From a virus (taxonomy: Duplodnaviria; Heunggongvirae; Uroviricota; Caudoviricetes), in the IMG/VR virus record IMGVR_UViG_3300031957_002393, positions 1 to 20,372 of that record: a stretch of 20,372 bases of DNA, one strand, 5' to 3'. Both the position numbers and the translations under genes were made by a program. Below the pieces are notes generated by a model. It made no database searches, was not told the DNA's origin, and saw only the letters and a program-made list of their open reading frames with translations. This document shows, in pieces, positions 13,498-20,372 of this stretch. How positions within the stretch are numbered: the first letter of the stretch is position 1; the number at the start of each line of letters is the position of its first letter.

Positions 13498-16001
13498 TAT
13501 TCATCTCCCACAGGCATAGAGGCGCCCGGGTTAGCCTTCTTCGCCTTCTTCTTCTCTTCTTCCTCAAGCGTAGCCGCCTGCCCAAACATTTGGAAGTTAG
13601 CAGGGTTAACCTTCTCATACTTGTTAACGCCCGGAGGCTTAGCTGGAGGCTTGCGTTCAAGAGGTTTTGTTCGTAACGCATTGGCTGCAGCGCCGTCATC
13701 ACCCAAAGGAGATGGGATCTTATTGAGGTGAAATGTCTTCGGCGCTTCCTTCTTCAACACACCCAGGCGACGGCGCTTCTCCTTCGCAAACTCGCTGCGC
13801 TCCAACGCACCCTCAGCCATCTCGGGATCCAACTTGTCAAAAGCCTTATCCACCTGACGGTCAGTTTCCACATCAAATTTGTCGAGAGCCTTTTCCTTGT
13901 CTTCAAGAACTCGTTGACGTGTAAGAGCGTTAGCGCGAGAAGCACGTTCCTTAGCCCGTTGGTCGATACGGTTACGAACAGCCGCCATGCCTGTCTCACC
14001 CATAGGATCGTCAAGTTCCTTGAGCGGAGGAAGCATAGGCGAAGGCTCATCAGGATCGCCTTCCTTAATCGCCGCTTCCTGCTTCCTCAACTTCTCAAGG
14101 TCATCGGCGCGTGCCTGCTCACCGATACGACGGTCACGTCGAAGCTGCATAGTCTCAAAGACCGTCGGGTCCTTAGGGTTGGTAACGGTGATTTGATCGT
14201 TAGGCACATCCATCTCTGTACCATCGGGTAGACGGATTCGTGTAGAGCCAGCAGGTACTTCCTTGTTCCAGCCTGCGTGGCGTGCGCGCTTGTAGCCGTA
14301 GATAGGCATGGAACCAGGAGGTTTAGCTGTAAGCTTAACGCTAAGGGCTGGGCGATCAGCCTTGATGTCACGCTCTGCTTTCGAGTACGAAGGATCATCG
14401 GAGGTAACGAGACCAAAGCCCTCATCATCTTGCACTGTACTCGCAGCCACAGCTTCCTGTAGTGTTTCAGGTGCCTTGAACACACCGCCCATGTTAACGA
14501 ACGGTTGCTTGTCACCTTCGGACACAAAGGCGTCATCCCACTCAAGAGGCATAGGAGTGTTAGAACCCTTCGCTACAAACACCGCCTGCTTTGCGTCAGC
14601 GTTGTACAGTAGTGTGCCCGCGTCACTGGTAGACGCACGAATACCCGAGTCACCGCGCACAGACTCTTGGTAATCAAGGTACTCTCCGGCGGAGAGGAAT
14701 CGCTTCGACCCATTCTCCACGTCTTCGATGTACGCAAACTTAGGTTGAGTTTCACCTTCACCAATGTTATACTTCGCCAACATCTCTGGTGTTGCAGGAA
14801 CGTCAACCCTCACACGCTCAATAGCCTCTTGCGTATGAGAAGCGCCACCACGCTTGAACAACTGCCCATAACGCTGAGGGTGCTTCATTTGGAAGTTGAA
14901 CAACAACAGTGCCCGGGAGTCATCCTGGCCGATGACGTAGTTAGTCACTCGACCGTTTTCATCAAATGTAGCGTTACCCAGGTGCTCAAGCCCGTTATCT
15001 TCGGCCCACGCACGGAACTGCGGATTCATAATGGCGTTAGCCACCTTGTCCCGCTTGTCGCGTCCTTGGAAAGCGCCTCGATTCAGGTTCTCGCGAACGA
15101 AATCCTCTTGCATACGAATCGAGTCAATCTGCTTGAGAACCTGATCCACCTTCAACTGCATCATCGCAGGGTTGGTAGCCTCACTACCAGACACAGCGTA
15201 AGCAATCGAGCGTAAACCACCTTGAGCCATTTGTTCCATGCGGTCAATGTCGCTCTGCAGTTCGGCCTGTGCGGGCTGACCCCCCTTCTGCGCCTTGTCG
15301 ATGAAGGCATCAGCCATTGCATCGGTTTCACCAATCAGCGATCGCAACTCATTACCAACACGCTGTTGCTCGTGGTTAATAGACTTCGCCTGACTAACAA
15401 TCTCAAGCATCTGTTGAGCATTCGGGTGCCCGGCAAACTGCGATTCCAACTTCTTTTCAACGCTGGGATCAGATAAATCAAAACCCAAGGTACGGCGAAG
15501 GGCGTCGTTGACGTAAACAGGTAAACTTTGCCGCTGAGTCTCTGCGAGCACAGGGTCACGATTGATTTCAGTTGTGTAGACGTTAAGTGCGATACTCAAC
15601 TGATCAGCCACACCCTGCTTATGCGCAGCCGCCATAGCCGCATTGGCTTTATCCCTAGGACCAGAAGGAGCAGCAGAGATAGCTTGCTGATGCTTCAACA
15701 GAGCCTTCTTCGCATCAGCGTTCGTCTTCATCGCCGTTTGAGCGAGGTCTGTGTAACTGTTGATGTTCGTCGTAGCCAGCTTCGTCATGTTGTCTTGGTA
15801 CGACTCGATGAGCTTGGCTCCAGCGTTCAACTCGTTCATCGCGTACTTCAACGCAGCAACATTACCAGAGGTAGTTGCCTTGGTAATGTTCTTCATGGCT
15901 GTCATCAACAGCTTCGTTTCGTTATCATCGCGAGGTGTACGGTCCAAGGAATCGGGGGAGAGACCCTGAGAGTACATGTAGCGGTACCAGCGATCACTCA
16001 T
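13497..16001 (-). CDS. 834-aa internal-virion (ejection) protein, positional analogue of T7 gp15 / P22 gp20
   Basis: ATGA overlap with the upstream gene. The N-terminal half is helical and Ala/Gln/Met-rich. The analogy rests on size, composition and synteny only. Confidence 0.7.
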   Translation of the reverse strand: MSDRWYRYMYSQGLSPDSLDRTPRDDNETKLLMTAMKNITKATTSGNVAALKYAMNELNAGAKLIESYQDNMTKLATTNINSYTDLAQTAMKTNADAKKALLKHQQAISAAPSGPRDKANAAMAAAHKQGVADQLSIALNVYTTEINRDPVLAETQRQSLPVYVNDALRRTLGFDLSDPSVEKKLESQFAGHPNAQQMLEIVSQAKSINHEQQRVGNELRSLIGETDAMADAFIDKAQKGGQPAQAELQSDIDRMEQMAQGGLRSIAYAVSGSEATNPAMMQLKVDQVLKQIDSIRMQEDFVRENLNRGAFQGRDKRDKVANAIMNPQFRAWAEDNGLEHLGNATFDENGRVTNYVIGQDDSRALLLFNFQMKHPQRYGQLFKRGGASHTQEAIERVRVDVPATPEMLAKYNIGEGETQPKFAYIEDVENGSKRFLSAGEYLDYQESVRGDSGIRASTSDAGTLLYNADAKQAVFVAKGSNTPMPLEWDDAFVSEGDKQPFVNMGGVFKAPETLQEAVAASTVQDDEGFGLVTSDDPSYSKAERDIKADRPALSVKLTAKPPGSMPIYGYKRARHAGWNKEVPAGSTRIRLPDGTEMDVPNDQITVTNPKDPTVFETMQLRRDRRIGEQARADDLEKLRKQEAAIKEGDPDEPSPMLPPLKELDDPMGETGMAAVRNRIDQRAKERASRANALTRQRVLEDKEKALDKFDVETDRQVDKAFDKLDPEMAEGALERSEFAKEKRRRLGVLKKEAPKTFHLNKIPSPLGDDGAAANALRTKPLERKPPAKPPGVNKYEKVNPANFQMFGQAATLEEEEKKKAKKANPGASMPVGDE

Positions 16002-16693
16002 TGCGCGCCCACCTTTGCATCATTGGTGTTAATCATGTCCAAGGTACCGTTCTCATCTTCAACGCCCGGCACACGAGTCTGGTTAGCGCCTGCACCACCT
16101 TGGATGCGAGAGTCGTGCCTCATCTGACTATTCGCGGCGATGTCTTGTGCCATTCCACTCTGGTATGAGCCTAACACCGCACCAGCGACAGTGGAGCCAA
16201 CTTCCGCTCCAGCTTGTGCCGCTTGAGAGGCAGCGACCTGTTGAGCACCACGCGCAGCAGAGAGGCGAGCCAGCGATGCTTGACGCTCCATAGCCGCTTC
16301 CTTGCGAGCATTGGTTTCCACAGCAGCGCGAGCTTGAGCAATCGCCTTTTGTTTGTTCTCGGAGATGTTAGTGCGTTGCATGCCTAACAGGCCCGAGCGA
16401 CCGAAGCCTTGAGCCGCTTCCATGCGTTGGATATCTTGCAGGTCGCTGCGAGCCGCTTGATCAACGTCTTGTCGAGCCCGATTCACAATCATGTTCTTTT
16501 GGCGTACTGAAGGACCCCACCCCTGGCGCTCTCCCTTACGGTACTCCTTCTTCGCTGCAGCCAGCTCCGCTTCACGCGCCTTCTTGGCCGCACGGCCCCC
16601 GCCGATGAGCCAGCCCGCACCCCGGCCCAGGAGGTTCACACCCCCAGCCGCAGCCCCCGTGAGCAGCGCAGCCCCAATAGTCCCAACCGGCAT
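15998..16693 (-). CDS. 231-aa DNA-transfer/ejection protein, T7 gp14 / P22 gp7-like
   Basis: Gly/Ala-rich hydrophobic N-terminus (TIGAALLTGAAAGGVNLLGRGAGWLIGGG), then a Gln/Ala coiled coil and a second small-residue hydrophobic stretch (VGSTVAGAVLG). GAGGTG RBS. Confidence 0.75.
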   Translation of the reverse strand: MPVGTIGAALLTGAAAGGVNLLGRGAGWLIGGGRAAKKAREAELAAAKKEYRKGERQGWGPSVRQKNMIVNRARQDVDQAARSDLQDIQRMEAAQGFGRSGLLGMQRTNISENKQKAIAQARAAVETNARKEAAMERQASLARLSAARGAQQVAASQAAQAGAEVGSTVAGAVLGSYQSGMAQDIAANSQMRHDSRIQGGAGANQTRVPGVEDENGTLDMINTNDAKVGAQ

Positions 16694-16708
16694 GAGTCAC
16701 CTCGTAGA

Positions 16709-16736
16709 CAGATCGAGCCCATTGTAGCCCGATCTG
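16709..16736. repeat. Inverted repeat overlapping promoter A (11-bp stem with two G-U pairs in - strand RNA)
   Basis: The - strand reads cagatcgggct-acaatg-ggctcgatctg. Confidence 0.85.
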
Positions 16737-16749
16737 CAGAGGCTGTCAC
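16720..16749 (-). promoter_or_regulatory. Putative sigma70-type promoter A upstream of the ejection cluster: GTGACA-17-TACAAT
   Basis: Both hexamers are 5/6 matches to TTGACA/TATAAT with an exact 17-nt spacer, and the RBS of the next gene lies just downstream. Confidence 0.75.
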
Positions 16750-16758
16750 CCGTGTTAC

Positions 16759-17616
16759 TTATGCACCTTCAAGGCCAATGATCGAAACTGCTGAGTGCCC
16801 GATAGAGCAACGCTGGTGGAATTCAAACTCACGCTCACTATGGCCCAGCAGACCCTCAAGGCGCCACACGGTTAAGGTGTAATAGGATTCCAACGGTCGA
16901 GTGATGTACAAGCGAAAATCGATGCTGTTGATGCCTTGTGAGAATGTGGGCATGGTCGTACCGTTAACACTGATTCCACTGAGCAACATGATGCCGCCCG
17001 AGTGTTGTTGGCACCTACCGTTCTCGTACACAGTGAAGCCATGAGAGTTGGCGGAGATGGCGGCTATAGGGTTCTCACTAACATGCACGGTGATGGGTAA
17101 GATAATACGCGCCCCGGGAACCTCAACCCCATTTACGAATACGCCGATGTACATCGGACATTCGGTGTCAGAGTTACCAATATCCCAACTAACGAAAGAC
17201 TCGGGAGGATCCCCTTCTGCCTCACCGCTATCGTCAAACACCTGAACACGAAACTGAGAAACAAACAACGTATATTGAATAACCACAGCACCAAAGGCGT
17301 GAGGGGCAAAGAATCGTGCACCTTTCAAAGTGCCCACAAAAAGCTCACCATCAGCCTCCGACATGGTCTCATCGAAGTAGTGATGCGCGGTCTTGTCAAT
17401 GACACCGCGAGGGTAACAGAACTCTCCAGGCAATACTTGATATCCCTCTAAATCAGCGCTGATGTTCTTTGACCCATCGCTTTTGTATTCTACGTTACCG
17501 TTTAGTACACTGTAGATACCCTGCTCACGAGAAGAAGAGTACATGTTGTTGGCGTGACCAGACGCAGACAAAACAGAGTCGTTGGCGTAATCTTCTTGTG
17601 GATCGTATTCAGCCAT
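16759..17616 (-). CDS. 285-aa tail protein (anchor segment plus beta-sandwich knob-like domain)
   Basis: GAGG RBS 5 nt before the ATG. Strand motifs MYIGVFVNGVEV and GINSIDFRLY are present. It lies between the nozzle and ejection genes. Confidence 0.7.
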   Translation of the reverse strand: MAEYDPQEDYANDSVLSASGHANNMYSSSREQGIYSVLNGNVEYKSDGSKNISADLEGYQVLPGEFCYPRGVIDKTAHHYFDETMSEADGELFVGTLKGARFFAPHAFGAVVIQYTLFVSQFRVQVFDDSGEAEGDPPESFVSWDIGNSDTECPMYIGVFVNGVEVPGARIILPITVHVSENPIAAISANSHGFTVYENGRCQQHSGGIMLLSGISVNGTTMPTFSQGINSIDFRLYITRPLESYYTLTVWRLEGLLGHSEREFEFHQRCSIGHSAVSIIGLEGA

Positions 17617-17624
17617 GACTGCCT

Positions 17625-19256
17625 CTACTTACGGAAGTGAACAGCGTTGAGGATCGCACGCTCGTATTTGATTTCAACGGTCAACGCGCTGTTAGAAGCA
17701 ACGCCTACGACAATGACGAAGTAGTCAATGTTGTCAGTTGCTTGAGAGTTGCGATAGCTAAGGTACGCGAACAGGGGCACGTCTGGCCACCCATTCACAA
17801 GGCCCCCAACGCCCTCACCATCATCTGTGTAGTAAGGGGATGATGTTCGCGAAACCGTGACGATAGACTCAGGAATGACAGTTAAGCTACCGCTTGAGGG
17901 CTTGTAAGCAATGCCAACCTGAGCAAAGTGTGTGTACTCGTTAGCCTCAAGCTCTGCCTGAATAATGGACTTCAACTGCAGCCGACCCCACACCTTAATC
18001 AACCCATTGGGAGCGTTGTTGCCAGCCGACGTGGTGAAGTCTCCGCTTGTCGGCTTACACTGCATCTGCACGTTAGAGTGATCGCTTACGATATGTAGGT
18101 CACCATTTGTTAAAGTTGTTGTTGCGGGCGTTGTATCTGTCTCGTCGTACATCCAGTTGGTGATAGTTCGGACAAACGGAGAGCTACCAGAAACATCCAA
18201 CTGCGCCTGACCTGCCCCAATGGCCCCCGATGTAGATGGAACCAAAGCGCTACGAACCTGAAAGTGACGTAACGTAGCAGGCTCAATACGAGACGCATCA
18301 ACAGAGTTTGCCGCAGTTTTCAAGTTATCAAGGCTGCCAGCCTTCAACTTGTTTTGTGACATCACGGCGCCCTCAGACAACACCTCCGTACTAACCCCAG
18401 TGACAGAGCGAGAAGGGGTCAACTTGAGGTGCATGGCCATGGCAAGTAGTTGGCGATTGTACACAGCAATACAGTCATCAACAACCAACGCCTGACCACG
18501 AGAGCGAGGAATGCGCTTCGCTACAAGTTCAATTGTGTGGGAACCAGACGCAACGAACTTTTGACAAGATAGGTGGATACCGTCTGCCGCTCGACCCGGG
18601 CCTTTGATGGTGTTGACGGCGTCAGCAACAATGCCAGGAGCCAATTTCTCTTCGTTACCTGAGCCTTGATAACTAGAAGACGGTTTTAAGCCTGCAGGCG
18701 GTCGACGGTAAGCTCGACCGGGACCTGTCGCGAACACAATCTCACCGTCAACACGGATCGCAAACTTAACGCTGGGGTCACGGCTTTGTCGATAGTAAGA
18801 GGTGCCACCAAGAACCATTACCTCATCTTGGTTAGCAAACGAGTGACCGCGAGTAGCATCGCCTTTGATGAAGCCTGTCCACACGTATTGCAGCATGGCG
18901 TCGAGCTGTAGAATAGCTGTACCAGTGGTAGTCAGCGTTACATCCTCAATCACCGCCCAGTCATAGTCATTGGGGATGATGGTTGCTGCAGCAGGAACGA
19001 GAAGCCGCGTTGTAGGAGGGCCGCCGGGGTGACCGCCGGAGAAAACACCAAACCCCACAGGCACGGCTTCGGAACTGCCGGCTGTAGGGAAATACACTGA
19101 CACCGGTGCGCGTTCGGTCTCAGTAGTTTTCGATGCAACATGAACACCTTGAAGACGACTCAAGCGCTCAGCAGCTTGCGCAAAGTCTTCGGTCAGTAGA
19201 TCACCGTCAACTGCAGCATTGGCAACAGGCTTACGCCGAGGGAAATCGTAAGGCAT
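17625..19256 (-). CDS. 543-aa tail protein with two tandem anchor+beta-sandwich modules
   Basis: ATG 19256 overlaps the upstream TGA (TGATG) and is preferred over TTG 19259. The second module starts near 18400. Motifs VKFAIRVDGEIV and GSHTIELVAK are present. Confidence 0.7.
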   Translation of the reverse strand: MPYDFPRRKPVANAAVDGDLLTEDFAQAAERLSRLQGVHVASKTTETERAPVSVYFPTAGSSEAVPVGFGVFSGGHPGGPPTTRLLVPAAATIIPNDYDWAVIEDVTLTTTGTAILQLDAMLQYVWTGFIKGDATRGHSFANQDEVMVLGGTSYYRQSRDPSVKFAIRVDGEIVFATGPGRAYRRPPAGLKPSSSYQGSGNEEKLAPGIVADAVNTIKGPGRAADGIHLSCQKFVASGSHTIELVAKRIPRSRGQALVVDDCIAVYNRQLLAMAMHLKLTPSRSVTGVSTEVLSEGAVMSQNKLKAGSLDNLKTAANSVDASRIEPATLRHFQVRSALVPSTSGAIGAGQAQLDVSGSSPFVRTITNWMYDETDTTPATTTLTNGDLHIVSDHSNVQMQCKPTSGDFTTSAGNNAPNGLIKVWGRLQLKSIIQAELEANEYTHFAQVGIAYKPSSGSLTVIPESIVTVSRTSSPYYTDDGEGVGGLVNGWPDVPLFAYLSYRNSQATDNIDYFVIVVGVASNSALTVEIKYERAILNAVHFRK

Positions 19257-20372
19257 CAAACTTCTCCAGCGCCGGGGTAGCGCATCTGCTCATCAGTCTT
19301 GACTTCGTAACCAACGTGGATTGACATGATCTCCATGTCAACAGGGTAAGAAGTCTCCAACTCGATTTGGAATCGACGCACATCATCCATGTCAAGTGTT
19401 ATACGTCTGTACGTAGTACGGCGACGCGGCACTGTGGAAGAGTTACCCACCTGAACGACATCCCACCCGACCACACGGGAGCTGTTGGTTGTAGTAGCTC
19501 CCTTGCCGTACACATCATCAAGCCTGAGTACCTGCGAGTCATAGCGGTAGTCATCCTCAAAGTTTGTACGGACACGGATTGTGCAGGCTGCGCCCTGGTA
19601 CGTTTCGATGAAACCCACCACCATGTGAATCAATCGACCCTTCTGCACCATATCTTCGGAGAACATCATGGGCACAGTGCGAATACGAGACACACGGCTA
19701 TTTGGCGTGTAGACACTCGTTTCACGGTCAAGCACGTAAACGTCGGATGATGTGTATTCACCTGTACGAGACTGAAAGTCGTCACCCGCAACGAGCTGCA
19801 AGGAACGTGGGCCCTCGGTTACCGTGACATCAGCGATGTGAAGGCCCAGGCTTAGCTCTCGCCACCCAGAATCAGCTCGGTAACACAGGATCTTGCGGTT
19901 GTAGCTATCACTCAAACGAGCGCATGCGATGCGAAGATCCTTCGACTCTGGGTCGTACCAAACAACAGCTCGACTAAGGGCTGTGCGGTTGATTCCGAAC
20001 TTAAACAAGCGCTCGATGTCAGACGACAATACAGTGATTGCGGTGCCATCATAGGCGTAAACTGCTGCCTCTCCGACGAACACGAGACCGAGCCCAGGGA
20101 TGATACCTACGGCGGACGGGCCCACACAACCCGCCCCCTTGGAGATGACACGCGGCGCAGCAATGTCAGTCACGTCAATGAGAGAGCGACGAGTGAAAGC
20201 GATGCAGCGGTCATTAAAGGTCGCCAAGGCAGTAACAGTCAAGCTCTCATCATCAGCAATCGCTACGTTGGCTTCGGGGAATGTTCCAGGGAAGCCCGGG
20301 GCAGAGCGATACACCTTCTCATGTTCTGCAACCACCAAGCAACCTTGGTGCACCGTCATACAATGAAAGATG
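19256..20372 (-). CDS. Tail nozzle / DNA-stabilisation protein (P22 gp10 / T7 gp12-like beta-propeller), C-terminal part, 5'-truncated
   Basis: The frame is open past ATG 20359 to the window edge. It has propeller-blade repeats and GCVGPSAVGII..GLVFVG..AVYAYDG....LSSDI, typical of gp10-like stabilisation proteins, followed by a C-terminal beta-sandwich (RRFQIELET). Confidence 0.8.
   Translation of the reverse strand, partial: IFHCMTVHQGCLVVAEHEKVYRSAPGFPGTFPEANVAIADDESLTVTALATFNDRCIAFTRRSLIDVTDIAAPRVISKGAGCVGPSAVGIIPGLGLVFVGEAAVYAYDGTAITVLSSDIERLFKFGINRTALSRAVVWYDPESKDLRIACARLSDSYNRKILCYRADSGWRELSLGLHIADVTVTEGPRSLQLVAGDDFQSRTGEYTSSDVYVLDRETSVYTPNSRVSRIRTVPMMFSEDMVQKGRLIHMVVGFIETYQGAACTIRVRTNFEDDYRYDSQVLRLDDVYGKGATTTNSSRVVGWDVVQVGNSSTVPRRRTTYRRITLDMDDVRRFQIELETSYPVDMEIMSIHVGYEVKTDEQMRYPGAGEV

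Larger units (their letters stand above)
1..20372. mobile_element. Tailed bacteriophage/prophage genome segment, podovirus-like (tail nozzle plus internal virion proteins, lysis genes, nucleotide-metabolism gene)
   Basis: Genes are densely packed and coupled (ATGA/TAATG/TGATG overlaps). A gp10/gp12-like nozzle is followed by ejection-protein-like genes, and NlpC/P60 and dCTP deaminase genes are present. No host housekeeping genes or att/integrase are seen, so free phage versus prophage cannot be decided. Confidence 0.93.

Noticed and set aside
3247-20366. Numerous + strand ORFs of 60-215 aa opposite the structural genes (e.g. 6036-6683, 13728-14231, 14667-15215, 15528-16127)
   Set aside because: These are shadow ORFs expected from codon periodicity of the - strand genes. 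They have atypical composition and no recognisable motifs or operon context.
1-20372. CRISPR array, diversity-generating retroelement, retron, integrase/att site, intrinsic terminators
   Set aside because: No spaced direct repeats, reverse transcriptase, TR/VR pair or recombinase was seen. No hairpin with a convincing U-tract was seen apart from the weak one at 12329-12346. Inspection was by eye, so short diverged repeats could be missed.

Overview
This window is a segment of a tailed-phage (or prophage) genome in standard genetic code 11, and its gene set points to a podovirus-like virion. No rRNA, tRNA, CRISPR array, integrase or transposase is visible. The left ~1.5 kb is on the + strand: a truncated hypothetical gene, dCTP deaminase, a 48-aa Zn-finger gene missed by the ORF track, a GC-rich structured leader and a 71-aa possibly MazG-like ORF. 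From 1491 onward all supported genes are on the - strand. In transcription order they are: a P22 gp10/T7 gp12-like tail nozzle (truncated), two tail proteins built from three related anchor+beta-sandwich modules, four internal-virion (ejection) protein candidates (231, 834, 371 and 2415 aa), three tail/decoration genes, and a probable lysis cassette. The 2415-aa protein carries an embedded HExxH metallopeptidase. The lysis cassette is an NlpC/P60 peptidase, a single-TM GAF-like protein and two small helical proteins. Four signals are most worth following. (1) A 13-nt promoter-like motif, YCGRGC-TAnnnTG, occurs in three intergenic gaps, each copy pointing at the downstream gene and each inside an inverted repeat. 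(2) A switch-like leader can sequester the RBS of the 71-aa ORF. (3) The TM+GAF-like holin candidate has a predicted topology opposite to T4 holin T. (4) The giant ejection protein carries a zincin module. All family assignments come from motif recognition by eye; no database search was run.
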